Positions 14,000-26,849 of a stretch of DNA of 64,000 nt are shown here, in pieces. Numbering within the stretch: position 1 is the stretch's first letter; each line of letters opens with the position of its first letter. This DNA is from Octopus sinensis. Its lineage: Eukaryota. The DNA is taken from contig NC_043006.1 of NCBI RefSeq assembly GCF_006345805.1, positions 92,256,001 to 92,320,000 of the forward strand, read 5' to 3'. Below the pieces are notes generated by a model, which ran no database searches, was not told where the DNA came from, and was given only the letters and a program-made list of their open reading frames with translations. The translations under genes and the position numbers were made by a program.

Positions 14000-15100
14000 G
14001 CTGTTAGTAGTTTTCCTGATGTTTCTTTCAAAGCACTTCAATTCACTTAAGTTCCTGTTTATCAATTGGAAGATATAGATTAGAACAGTGATGTCTCGAA
14101 TATATATCTATTATCTTCTATATAATTCGCAGCAAGTTCAGATCTCAATATCTTTCTCTTCCATTGTAATCTTTTCTATTCTAATTTTCTCCTTCGTTTC
14201 TCTATTTTGTACCGTATCAGTTTTATCGATACTTAAATGTTTATATGTGCAGTTCTGCTCTACTTCCTTCATTTCGCTATCTCTGTCTAATTTAATGTTC
14301 TCGACTTGAGTTAATTTGCATCTTTCTATACCAGCTTTGGCACATGTGACTACTTCTGTGCTTATCTTTGTCTTGATAGGAAATATGAATAAATGTTTAG
14401 TAGGCTTTGTGACTCTGTATGGTTTCTTTAAGTATTTTAGGGAAAATACTCACTAATTTGATTGTAGCACATCTAATAATTTAACAGATCTCGCAATGAG
14501 GAACAAATTTTGACAGAATATCTTAGGGAATGCGTAGACTCTCTTCAATATTTCACTTCCTTTTTGCCTTTAACGATACAGAATATATTTCCTATGTTGA
14601 CTTAGCATGGTTAATGTATCCTTCTAGCATTAAATCTCTTGAACTATCAGTTTGCAGTATACCATCGTAAGCTTTTCGGTAATCAGTCCTATTTATGCTA
14701 AAGTATTTTTCCTTCTGTTAATGCCTTCAATTTTGGGTTCACCAGTAGCTGCTCTTTAAAGACTTATATTTTGACACTCTTTCTACCGTTCTAGCCAACA
14801 GGTCGTACATATTAGATGTGAGGAAAATTTATGCTGTTGGAGGTTTCTAGCTTTGCGGTCTCAAGTGTATATATTTCTTTACCCTTCATCAATCTTTCAT
14901 GGGTCGATTCTAGTCTGATTTAGAGCGAGCCAAATGCTGTTACCAAATTTTAACATTTATTGGAGCTCAGGCGCTTCAGATAAGGTATTTGAGAATTTAT
15001 CAACCCCATGAGACTTTTCCGCTTCTTCGGTGGTTGTTAATGCAATTACGAGTACAATACTAGCAACTGTAGGCAGTGCTTGGGAGGCTATAAAAGTTTT
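14000..15100 (-). mobile_element. Decayed R4/Dong-like reverse transcriptase
   Basis: Minus-strand remnants KSHGVD, KEQLL, DYRKAYD, YKHLSI...Q...KEKI and ILRSEL. Confidence 0.6.
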
Positions 15101-15780
15101 TCCCTCTACCATTATACTTTGTGCGGAGTATGGATACTTTCCAGGAATATTACATTCTGGTTCTTTATGTAAAACCTTTGGCTTCAAAGCACATATTATA
15201 CGAGTATTACTACTTGGAATAAATTTTCCCCTCACAGTTCCCAATTCCTCTGTATGAATTGTTCCTTATTCTGTATTCTCGCTACATCATCCTCCAGGTT
15301 TCAAATGTGGGAAGTCATTGTTAATATTATTCACGGAAACGTTACTCATATTTAGGCAAGCCATACCAAACAGTGTATGTGATATAAATCCGTTGTTTTT
15401 CATAATTATGTCCCACACCTCAGCATTGTACCGGCGTTGCATTTAAATGTCCTGAAGAAGCAAACTATTTCCGTAGTGTTCTACACTTTTGTAACAAATA
15501 GCATTTTTAAACAATACACGCTTTCTTGCAGCTAGAGCATTCATCTCATTTGCATATCTCTCAACAAAAGTAAGTCACACGCGCTCACATCTGGTACATT
15601 CGCCTGCGATCTGTGTGAGGCATCTAGACACTTTGTGGTAAATGTCACAACGTATGTTATATCACTTTGAATTTTGTTCCAGTATACATGCACACACACA
15701 CATAATATGTATATATATATATATATATATGAAAAAACAAGTAAAAAATAGAAAATGCTAAAATAATTTTATAGTGAACA

Positions 15781-15824
15781 TTTCAGTACCGGTTTCGGTC
15801 ATTTTGAGACCTTTTCAACTGTAA
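15781..15824 (-). ncRNA. Minimal type I hammerhead ribozyme in the PLE 3' UTR (U3-A8 core variant)
   Basis: Minus strand reads TTACAG-TTGAAAA-GGTC-tcaaaat-GACC-GAAAC-CG-GTA-CTGAAA. Confidence 0.8.
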
Positions 15825-16900
15825 CGATAAATAATTAATTTAAAATTGAAAAATTAGAAGAAAAGTTTTTTTAAAAGAATATTTCTATAGTAGTGTTCAG
15901 ATTTAAGTGGCATTCTGCCTTTCTCTGACTCCCTTGTTTGCACTTGTGTGTTCGAGGTAGTTGTGTTGTTTCTGGTAGGGTAGTAGAGGGAAGGCTGGTG
16001 AGGAAAGGTGGGGTGGGAGAGGGATCAGTGCCCTTGAGTGATGAGTCAGTGGCGGCTGGCAGTCTCAGTTCAATTCAGGAGAATATTTATATTGACAGGC
16101 TTGTTTATAGAATTAGCGTAGGTGTTATACTAAAAAACATTAGTGACAAACTTAAGGGGTAGGGGGGGGAGAGGAGAAGAAGAGAAGAAGAAGAAGGAGA
16201 AGGAGAAGGAGAAGATGACGATGATGGTGATGGTGGTGATGATTATGACGACGATGATGATGATAACGATGATGATGAAGAAGAAGAAGAAGAAGGAGGA
16301 GAAGGAGAAGATGGTGGTGATGATGGTGGCGATGATGATGATGCCGATGATGATGATAACGTGATGATGATGAAGAAGAAGAGGAAGAAGAAGAAGAAGA
16401 AAAAAACAGAGAAGGGAGAATATGAATGGTGTAAATATAGCTATGAAGGGGCTGATTAGTAATGGATCTATGGAGTGTAGTATTTGTGTGTGTATATATA
16501 TATATATTTTTTTTTTTTTCTTTTATTCTAAAGTTGAGGTATATTAATTGTTTGTCGTAGACCCGTTAAGAAGTGGCTTGTATTTTGTAATAAAGAGATT
16601 TTCTTTACTTATTCGTTGTCTCGAGGTTGTATCGTCCCTAAATTGGTAGAGGGGGAAAATTCTGAAGTTTGGTGTTTTTTTTGTTGGCGCAAGTATCTAT
16701 GTGTTGGCTAAAAGCTATTTTTCTGTTTTGGGGAATTTTATCTGGGATCTGTGCAGGGCCATTCGTTTACGCAAACCATTTTTGTTTGGCCTATGTACTG
16801 CTCTTGACACCCGGAGCAGGTTAGTCAGTATATTAGGTTCTCCGAAGCACATGTGAAGTTGCTTTTCACTGTAAAACGTTGTCCCTGTTTGAAGGAGAAC

Positions 16901-18517
16901 TCAGAACCCTCGATTAGATAGTCGCATATCCCGCAATGGGTCTTCCACATTTTTTACTGTCGGCTTCTGTGTTGAAGAGTGAATTCGGGCTTGTGTAAGG
17001 AGACTTTTCATGGATCTAGGCTGTCTTTTGCTTTTTATGATCGTGTGTGTTTGGAGGATTGTGTTCATTCTGTGGTCTTTTTTTAGGAGGGGTATGTTGT
17101 GGAGGATGGTGTCGAAGGCTTCGTTATTGAGAGGGTTGTGTGTGGAGATGTATGGTAAGGCTTTTGGTTGTAAGTTTTTCTTTGATTTGGGATGTCTCAG
17201 TTCCTTGATGTTAAGTTGAAGGGCACGTTGAATGCATTTGTCAATAAGTGAAGGTGGATAGTTCCTGGTGATTAGGGTATCTTTTAGTTCTTGTAGTCGT
17301 GTGTCTCTGGTGTTTGCGTTAGAAACTATAGTGCATATCCTTTTTGCTAGATTGAAGGGGATATTCATCCTGGTGTGTCTGGGGTGGCATGAATTGAATG
17401 GAAGATATTGCTTAGAGTCTGTAGGCTTATAGTATATGTCTGTTTCTATTATATTATTAGCTTTCTTAATGAAGATATCGAGGAAGGGGAGTTGTTGTTG
17501 GCTATATTCCATCGTGAATTGGATGTTTACGTCCAGTCCGTTTAAAATTTTCTGGAATTCTATGAGTTTTTCTATATTTTTATGCCAAAGGATGAAACAG
17601 TCATCTAGATATCTCTTCCAGTTGTTTTCTATGTAGATGGAGAAAGGGCTGCCATATCGTTCTAGAACCTTACGATACAGACTGATCTCTAGGTATCCTA
17701 TGACTAGGTTGGCAAAGGAGGGGGCCATTCGTGTACCCATCGCAGTCCCCGATTTTTGTCGGTAGAAGTTGTCATTGAAGGCGAAGAAGTTATTTTCCAG
17801 GATGAATTTAACCCCTTCTATCACAAATTCTTTTTTGATGCGGTGTGGTAGTTTGTTGGCGTGATTCTCTAGCCAGAATTGGATTGCCTCTAGTCCTAGG
17901 TTGTGGGGGATATTGGAGTAGAGGTTGACTACATCGAAGGATACCAGTATGGTGTTTTTGTTTATAGTATTCGGTAGGTGATTGAGCATATCTAAGTCGT
18001 CCCTTATATAGCTTTTGACATGTTTGAGGAGTGGTTTTAACAGGGTGTCTAAAAAGTTACTGAGGCGGTGGGTTTCGCATGCGGGACCTGCTATTATGGG
18101 TCTCAATTTGAGGTCATTAGGATTAGGGACTTTAATTATTTTGTCTGTAGCTATCTTGCATGCGTTGCTTATTTTTTCACTTTTGTGGATCTTAGGTATA
18201 CCGTAGAATTGGCTAGTTTTACTTGTGAAATTGGTCATATAATCATATTCTTTGTCGGTTAGCCCTGCTTTGTATGGGTTTAATATGGATTTTAGTTCCC
18301 TCATTATTTTTTGTTGACTGTAGTTTTGTGCCTTTTCATAGTATGTTGTGTCTTCCAGCATAGAAAGTACCAAAGTTATGTAAAATGTCGTATCTATTAA
18401 GACAACAGCACTCCCTTTATCGGCCTCTTTGATTGTTATTGTTTTATCTAGTTTTAATTTGTTCAACTCAGCCCATTCTTTTTTGCTGAAGTTTGGTTTG
18501 TGTTTTTGTTTGTGCAT
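16901..18517 (-). CDS. PLE reverse transcriptase (538-aa open segment; C-terminal endonuclease frameshifted)
   Basis: ADKG, FYGIPKIHK, RPII, SFDVVNLY, GTAMG, RYLDD, LPFLD, YYKPT and SCHP motifs. Confidence 0.9.
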   Translation of the reverse strand: MHKQKHKPNFSKKEWAELNKLKLDKTITIKEADKGSAVVLIDTTFYITLVLSMLEDTTYYEKAQNYSQQKIMRELKSILNPYKAGLTDKEYDYMTNFTSKTSQFYGIPKIHKSEKISNACKIATDKIIKVPNPNDLKLRPIIAGPACETHRLSNFLDTLLKPLLKHVKSYIRDDLDMLNHLPNTINKNTILVSFDVVNLYSNIPHNLGLEAIQFWLENHANKLPHRIKKEFVIEGVKFILENNFFAFNDNFYRQKSGTAMGTRMAPSFANLVIGYLEISLYRKVLERYGSPFSIYIENNWKRYLDDCFILWHKNIEKLIEFQKILNGLDVNIQFTMEYSQQQLPFLDIFIKKANNIIETDIYYKPTDSKQYLPFNSCHPRHTRMNIPFNLAKRICTIVSNANTRDTRLQELKDTLITRNYPPSLIDKCIQRALQLNIKELRHPKSKKNLQPKALPYISTHNPLNNEAFDTILHNIPLLKKDHRMNTILQTHTIIKSKRQPRSMKSLLTQARIHSSTQKPTVKNVEDPLRDMRLSNRGF

Positions 18518-18538
18518 ATGTTGATATGTATATATATA

Positions 18539-18569
<31 letters not shown>

Positions 18570-18740
18570 ATGTAAAGTATAGAAGCCATCTTATCATGGC
18601 TAACCACATTGGGGAGGGGGTGTTACTGTAGCTTTATAGCCCCAAGAGATCTTCGTCTCTAGCTGTCTTTAGACACAATATCTGTGTCCTTGGAGTATTT
18701 GCAAAGGGAGGCCATCCCTTCCTCGCAAGCCTGAGTGATA

Positions 18741-18783
18741 CGCTCGAACTAGTTTCAGGATTTTTGTCCCTCGTCAACGGGCG
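18741..18783 (-). ncRNA. Hammerhead ribozyme, inverted copy
   Basis: Reverse complement of 18980-19022, with one G-U pair in stem II. Confidence 0.75.
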
Positions 18784-18979
18784 GTAACCACCAGGTAGCG
18801 ATGAAAGAGAAGGCTCCTTTGCAAATAGATATAAGTTTTTCTAATGGCATCTGCCACTAATGTCGAAAAACGAACAGTAAGCATAATTAAATCTCAGAAT
18901 GAGATTGAAACAGTAATCGCTCGATAACTTATATCTATTTGCAAAGGAGCCTTCTCTTTCATCGCTACCTGGTTGTTAC

Positions 18980-19022
18980 CGCCCGTTGACGAGGGACAAA
19001 AATCCCGAAACTAGTTCGAGCG
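18980..19022 (+). ncRNA. Minimal type I hammerhead ribozyme
   Basis: CGCCCG-TTGACGA-GGGA-caaaaa-TCCC-GAAAC-TA-GTT-CGAGCG. Confidence 0.8.
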
Positions 19023-19453
19023 TATCATTCGGGCTTGCGAGGAAGGGATAGCCTCCCTTTGCAAATACTCCAAGGACACAGATATTGTGTCTAAAGCCAG
19101 CTAGAGACGAAGATCTCTTGGGGCTATAAAGCTACAGTAACACCCCCTCCCCAATGTGGTTAGCCATGATAAGATGGCTTCTATACTTTACATTTTCGAG
19201 CGATTACTGTTTCAATCTCATTCCGAGATTTAATTATGCTTACTGTTCGTTTTTCGACATCAGTGGCAGACGCCATTAGAAAAACTTATATCTATATATA
19301 GATGGCTTCTATACTTTACATTATCGAGCAATTACTGTTTCAATCACATTCTGAGATTTAATTATGCTATATATATATATATATCATTATATATATTACA
19401 TACATAAATATATCTATATACACATATATATGTGTGTATATATATATGAATAT

Positions 19454-19512
<59 letters not shown>

Positions 19513-19766
19513 ATATATGTATATAATAATATTAGGGAATAAATCCAAACTTACAGGGAAAAATTAGTTTAAGGATTAAATCCAATTTTATAGTATAAAT
19601 ATATTATATTATGTTATATTAAATTAGAGATAAAACCACTATTAGGCAAATCAAACAGTGAAAAGCATAAGCCAATACATAATATTAATTTAAAAATATA
19701 AAAATATAAAAGTTAAAAATAAAAAAATTATTTTTATAATAATTTATAATATATATATATATATAT

Positions 19767-19837
<71 letters not shown>

Positions 19838-20300
19838 ATATATACAAATATATATATATATGTATGTATAGTTTTATATTTATATATTATTTTATTAATT
19901 AATTAATTTATTTATTCATTTATTTATATATTTATTTCTTAAATATCAAAAGTATGAAAAGTTTAATAAAAGATAAAAACACTACGATCGTTTCATGGCT
20001 GTACCAATTCGAATAACAATAATTTAAATTCAATTAATAATTCGAGTTATGGTTACAGTCAATCTTAATTGAAATATTTTTAAAATAATCAGAAATATTT
20101 AAACAATATTTTAAAAATATAAATAATATCATAATTTTACTTATAATAAACTCTATTATCAAACTAGAAACTTAAAACTTAACAATTATGATTATATCAA
20201 AATCGATTATAATGTTAAATATCAATTTTAATTTATAAGGTAGGAAACCCACCAATAATCTAATATCGGTAATAGTCTATATCTAATTACAAAAATATTT

Positions 20301-20692
20301 AAATATATAAAAGAGAAGTTGTGTGTCTGTCTCTTACGATTTAGATTCCTAACTACTCCCACATTTTGCAGTGCAGTTTATCCAAAACCGGGTATCTTAT
20401 AGTCGTGATTCATATCGAGCCCTTCTGGGTATTAGCGCGCGTCTACGATGAGTCTACGATTTTAAAAGAAAATTACCATCATTTTTTTCCATTTTAATGC
20501 ATTTTTTCGCTATTATATAAGGGAAGTAACTCTTTAAAAATGTCTACGATGAGTCAACGATTTTTAAAAAATTACCATCATTTGTTTTCCATTTTTAATG
20601 CATTTTTTGCTATTTTTAGGCTATAACTCTCTAAAAATGCATATATAGTTATTTCCCTTACAAACCCGAGCAACGCCGGGCGATACTGCTAG
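20301..20692 (+). mobile_element. Non-autonomous Helitron
   Basis: 3' end CCCGAGCAACGCCGGG hairpin followed by CTAG. The body matches the reverse complement of about 33090-33315. Confidence 0.8.
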
Positions 20693-21066
20693 TTATATAT
20701 AAATTATCAATGAAAATATATAAATGTATATAAATATTATAATTAAGATCTAAAGTAATCTCTATAAATAATTATATATGCACAAATAATAAAAACCTAA
20801 TAAATTAATTTTTCATATTTAAAGATGAAATAGCTAATTTCAAAAATACAAACAAACAAACTTTCGGAAATCTTATGTAAAATAATTTATTAATTATCTC
20901 TCTATTTTCTTATCTTATAATAAATAAATATATATTAACCTCGCTTTATATAGTTACCTTGCAGTTGAGTATTAACTGTAATGTTCAACATTCTTTGTAT
21001 AAGTAACTAACCAGTACTTTCATAGGATTTTAGTATCCCTGAATGAGGTTTTAACCTTTATTTGTA

Positions 21067-21132
<66 letters not shown>

Positions 21133-21362
21133 ATTTCTATGTATCTTTTAAATGTGTTTACGGGAAACGTTTCAAATATGCAAATAAGGCTTCTATTCGG
21201 TTATGCCGGCCACAGTCTAACGATGCTGACAGGTGGAACAGTTTTGGGCATTACATCGATCTGTACCGATATAATGTACGATAAATATAGCAATAATAAC
21301 GTTTTCTCTTATAGGCACAATCCTTGTGCCTATAATATAGTAATAATAATAATAATGCTTGT

Positions 21363-22082
21363 ATGGAATTTATAAACATTTAATGCATCGCTACGCTCGT
21401 TTACACAAATCACATGTCTCTTAAGATCACATTCTATATTTTTGGGATAGTTGCAGTGTAGTTTGTAGTATCCATGGGTATTGGGTAGATCATCTTCTTG
21501 GATTCATTTCTTCAGGCGATATAACATTAGTAGATGTTTAACTGAGGTTTGTTTATCCCTTTTGACCAGTGCGAGGGTTTGTTGAGTGGGTATTTCTGTG
21601 TATATTTGTTTGGGAAGAGGGGAATGTAAGAGAAAGGGAGGAATGAATGGTAGTTATATGGGGATGGAGGTGTGGTGATGTTGGACGACTTATTTTGCTA
21701 TTCAGTCATCAGTTGTCAAGAATGGATGGGACATTCCTTTGTTCGATTTCATCACAGGCATAACTATCGACAATTAATTCTGAATTAAACAGGTCAGCCG
21801 GTACAGGCACTATCAATGTCGGCTGTTGGGGTTCATTGTCTGACTTGATAAATCATACTTTTTCATTGTGACCTTTTAATTCTTTGTGGTGGTAAAGTGT
21901 ATAGCATCCTAAATAGGGGTTGATTTAGTGTGAAGAAATCAATCTACGAAGATGATCAACCCAATGCCCACGGATACTACGTCCTACATCGTAATCATGT
22001 CAGGAATGTGTACTGTGATCTCAAGAGACAAATTATTTGTGGAAAGGCGCGTAGCGATTCATTAAATGTTTATAAATTCCAT
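21363..22082. mobile_element. Fold-back element with diverged 150-bp arms, each carrying a degenerate HHR
   Basis: 21363-21514 is the reverse complement of 21931-22082. Confidence 0.65.
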
Positions 22083-23379
22083 CCAAGGATTATTGTTATT
22101 ATTACTATATATGCATGATGACTATATTATGAATTACTTTAATTTCATATTCTTTCTTTAATACCTTAACACATTTTGCTTTGACTTACCTTTCTGGAAA
22201 ACATGCGTTTTTCGTTCTGAGTATCTTCGCAGTTTCTGAGAAATTTGTTCGTTTTACATATCATTGTTGTGTCTTTTCACTGCATGGAAGAGAGTATTTC
22301 CGTCTATTTTAGCCATATGCGGGATTATATTTCGGTTTATATTTTCTGTTATTTTCTACATTATCTTATCGATTTATTGCTGTGCATATTTGTAAGTCCG
22401 GATTATAATTTTGTGTTGGTCTGTACTCTTCCTCAATCGTTTCCAAGTTTCAATTTATCATAATTATTATCTTTATATTCATGTAACATATTCTGGCTAT
22501 TCCTATTTCTGTAACTTCAAATTCTGATAATGTTGAATTTCTTTTAAACTCTTATTATCGTCTGCGATGAGTAAATGTGGAGCTGCAAAGCGTTTGCATG
22601 TCCAAGTCGTACAAGAAATGTAGCAAAACGTGTCACCTCCATGCCTGTCTATAAATATTTGGTTTTACCAATGTGATATGTTAGAATAACAGTGCAACAT
22701 TACACAATCTGAGTCTTTGCTGAAGTTTGACTACATCAACCAGAGACTTATATATCGAATTTCAACTGTGTCAGTTGCTGTTTAGACATTGCGTACACAG
22801 ACCCGTGTGTAAATGCACACACGCCTGCAGGTACACAGGAACACACGTAGACACACGCATATATTAACATAGACTGATGATTATTTCTTATTTACTTCAA
22901 GTTAGGTGTCTTAATTAGAGATTAATTAGGCATTCATTAGACGGGAACAATGTTTACTCAATGTGATATTTTGAATCTAACGACAATGTGATGTTTTTCT
23001 CTCTTTATTGTCCAGCGTGGGAGTTGTAGATATGTAAAAAAATAATCACAAATTGTCTATTTTATAGGAAGCGCAAGGCATTATTAGCATTTTAAAAATG
23101 ATTATGAATACTTTGGATGTATCAGTGAAACCAAACTAGTATTTATAATATTGTCAATTTTGTTTTCTTCGTTGTTATGTTTTCTGCTAGAAAATCAATT
23201 TTGTTTCTTAGTTTTACTCTGAAGAGCGATTTTTCTTCTTTCATTTTGTGGTATCATATAAGAATGAAGCTCATTGATTATATTTTCTGATGAATGCGTT
23301 TAATTAAAAATTAAGGTATTAAACTAGGAGTAACTAATTTATGAGCAAGTATTTGTCTTGATCTCTTTATCTCACCTTA

Positions 23380-25010
23380 CCTTCCATTCTGCCTCTGCCA
23401 TCTTACCCATACTCCGCACCAATTTCCTGTTACCATTCGTTCCAATCACTCTAAAATACACACCCTCCACCGACTTCTTTTTCTCTCTTATTCTACCTTT
23501 TTTCCTGCTGTTCATATTCCACCTCATGCTTTATCCTCCAACTAAGCCAAGTTCTCCACGACTTTCCCGCTCGCACTAAGCAAAATAAACTCACTCCTCC
23601 ATCTTTCATCCAATCCCAGCCGATGCCACTACACTCACCCCTCCCCCTCTCTCCCCGATCCACTCTCATCTCATCCTGACTTCCACCCTTCCATTACTCT
23701 AACCCTCCCACACACCATCACCGTCCTTATCACGTCAACGACCCCTTTACCTGCATCTCTATTAATGTTATTTACACCAACTCCTACTCTCTGTTCTTCC
23801 TTGTACATTAGTCAAACGGGACGCCGCTTGGCTGAGCGGTTCGTGGAGCATCTCCGAGACATCAGACTCGGTAATGACGCCCCAGTCTTGCGTCAGTTCC
23901 GCTCTACCGGTCATCTGCTACAACATGTCTGTGTTTTGACTTTCTCTGCACAGAGTCATCCAGACTCCCGCCTTCGCTCTGAACATCAATTAATCTTCTC
24001 TCCTCGTTCTTTTGTGCCATATGGGCTCAACTCACTACCTCTCTTCATCTGACACCAACCCCACACGGATTTCCACACATCTCTCACATGCAACTGACCT
24101 TCTACCTGCATACCACCTACCTCGGTACCCTCACCACATATACGTCACTGTACAAACACCCGTACACAATCTTCAACTTATTACTCACTTCACACACCAT
24201 CAAATACACTCACAAACACCATTCCCACTCTACACACACAAGCACCGAACATTTCTCAGCACCCACACCACGCACTATTATCTACACGACTACACGCACA
24301 ATCTTCAATAGCGTCACCACACATATCACTATATGAGCATCCACACACACTGTTTAACTCAACACACACACCACACTATCATGCGCACTCTCACACCCAC
24401 ACAAGAACATAATACTAGAACACAGACACACATGCAACACGCATAGATACAGATAACTTTCACCCTTAATACATACACTATGCACATGTACATTATCAGG
24501 ACACACACACATACACATGTGCACACATCCCCTAAACAAACACACATCAACTGCTACCCACACACGTTACCTCCGCACATAAACCCACAGCCATAAGCAT
24601 ACTTACGGATATAGACACGTCCATACGCACACACACGCACATACTCGCCCACACATACATATTCACACATACACATTAACACACACCTTTCTCACATATA
24701 CAAAAACCACTGCGCACCTTAGACGTTTGGTATCACTGTTACGGTTATTACGATTATTATTATCTCCCTTTCATTCAGCCTCTCTTTCCAGTCATCTCAC
24801 CATGTTGGACTGCTGAACTCTGCCCATCTTTTCTCACTCCGTTATTTCATTCTCTCTCTCTTTTCTTTCCTCTTAACCATTTCTGTCGAAGATCCTAGGC
24901 TCAAAACGTAAAAGACTTGTCCATTTTCCCGAGTATTAATCTAATACACCTGATTGTTCGTCTTACACCTGTCTTCGTCATTTGTTTACTGTAAATTTGA
25001 ACTATATGTA
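23380..25010 (+). mobile_element. Decayed PLE 3' part: GIY-YIG, CA-rich UTR, degenerate HHR at 24879-24915
   Basis: FTC.S.NV...C..LYISQTGRRLAERFVEHLRDIR. The tail is homologous to 38100-38230. Confidence 0.7.
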
Positions 25011-25169
25011 TGTGTAGGGGGTGAGTGTGTGATTATTCAGTTTATTTCAAGATTTCGCTATCTAACCTAGATCCAAGGCTCCTTCATTGGAATTTCAGCA
25101 TAAACAACAGAGTATTTTTGTTTGTTTGTATGTATGTATGTATGTATGTACGTATGTATGTATGTATGT

Positions 25170-25588
25170 ATGCATGTACAGATTCGTATGTTTTATGTAT
25201 GTATTCTCATGTATATAGTTGCATATCTAGACATGCTCCTATATACTTAAATGATAAACTTCAGGAAAGTTTTACAGATTTTTATAGTTCCAGTGATGGA
25301 CTGGACCTGTAGTCTTCGAATTAGCTTTCTCCTTTCTGGTTTTGAGAATCCTGCTTTCTCAAGGTTGGTATTTAGGCAGAGTGTTACATAGCCCAGGGGC
25401 CCAATGATTACAGATGTAAATCCGAACTTGTCATCTGGATAGAGTAATTTCAGATTTTTCAATAGTTCAGCATAGGTTGTCTCTGTTTTACTGATCTTCA
25501 GTTTTATGTTAACATCCGCTGGGCATCTAATTTCCACAACGGAGCACAGTTTCTCTTCTCTATCCCAAATCATTATACCAGATCTGAT
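25170..25588 (-). mobile_element. R4/Dong-like REL 3' fragment abutting (CATA)n
   Basis: IMIWDRE..C.VVEI.CP.D....K...Y..L...L..LYP...F..VIIG.LG...LQ..SI.GT.KI.KTFL. Confidence 0.8.
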
Positions 25589-26025
25589 GACTCTACAGAA
25601 TGCCTCAGAAAACACAGAATGAGATTCTGCACATGGATAATTTTCTCCAAGGTATATACTGTGCATGGTGTTTGGTGGGAGAATTGCAGTTCCTTAAATA
25701 TCGAAGACTCCCTTTTCAACAACATCGGCGATTTTCACAAGAAAGACAATGCCGCTTCACCTTATTCTTTGTATCGCATCGCCCTATGCTTTGCACTCAG
25801 GATACTAAGAGCAGCAAGAGGTACAAGACAGATAAAGCGTCCGATGTCCAAACACTTTCAACAATTTCCTTTACTGGATTCTTAATTATTCATACCAACC
25901 TACAAATAAATAAATAATGACACGAAAGTTGACATCGGTGGTTTCTGAACAGGAATTTCAGAGACCCATAAAAGTACTGATACATGTATATATACATAGA
26001 TGCATACATCCCCATTCATATATAC

Positions 26026-26088
<63 letters not shown>

Positions 26089-26849
26089 CACATATACACA
26101 CTATATACACATGCATATACACTTGTCTTATATATATACATTCACTCGCACACACATATGTATATATATATAAATACATATATATGTGTGCATACACACA
26201 CATTCACATATAAATATATATACTGCACACATAATTTATATGTGTGTGTGTGCGTGTGTATTTGTGTTTGTATTATCGATTTAACGTTAGTTACTCCATG
26301 TCTCACTAAGCAATTAGTGGTTATTTAATACTTTTCAGACTTAAATTGTTTACTCAAACTTTATTTTCCTGTCTTACCCCTCCATTCTACCCGTCCCCCT
26401 TCACCATCCAACGTATTATTTCCCGAGGTGCGTACAATTTTCACAAATTTTCTTGCTCAAAATGCTGAAAGTGTCATTAACACTTTGAGAACTCAGAAAC
26501 ACTTTCGAAAGTGTTGGTAAAACCAAACATTCATAACCTTACTACTTTCTTTTATTCTTTATTATAACATGTTCTACATTGATTTAGCACATGAAATCTC
26601 AGGCGCAGAACAAAAACCAGAAAACAAAATATTATAATTTCCACCGAAGTATCGTGTAATAATAACGTGTTTATATGTGAATTTTGATGAATGTAACTAA
26701 TTAAGCAACGGTTAAAATATAAACTCGGACTTAGAAATAATGTGTGGCTCTTTGTATTCATATTACAGTATCATGGCATAACCAGATCATTCGATTTTGT
26801 TATACAACGGTAATCACAATTCGTTTCCCATTGATTTAGATTTCAAATG

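Larger units (their letters stand above)
15731..18520 (-). mobile_element. Penelope-like retroelement, 5'-truncated: RT, GIY-YIG and 3' UTR with HHR
   Basis: RT ORF 16901-18517, then a frameshifted endonuclease at about 16540-16940 (FTCASENLIY..TC..C..YIGQT), then an HHR near the 3' end. (TA)n flanks both sides. Confidence 0.9.
18569..19368. mobile_element. Retrozyme-like 357-bp HHR unit: inverted monomer, permuted monomer and partial third copy
   Basis: 18569-18926 is the reverse complement of a circular permutation of 18926-19282. 19299-19368 repeats the internal junction. (TA)n flanks both sides. Confidence 0.8.

Noticed and set aside
17010-18262. Plus-strand ORFs within the PLE
   Set aside because: They are antisense shadows of the RT ORF.
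25590-25917. Overlapping 88-aa and 105-aa ORFs as a host exon
   Set aside because: No recognisable domain or splice support.
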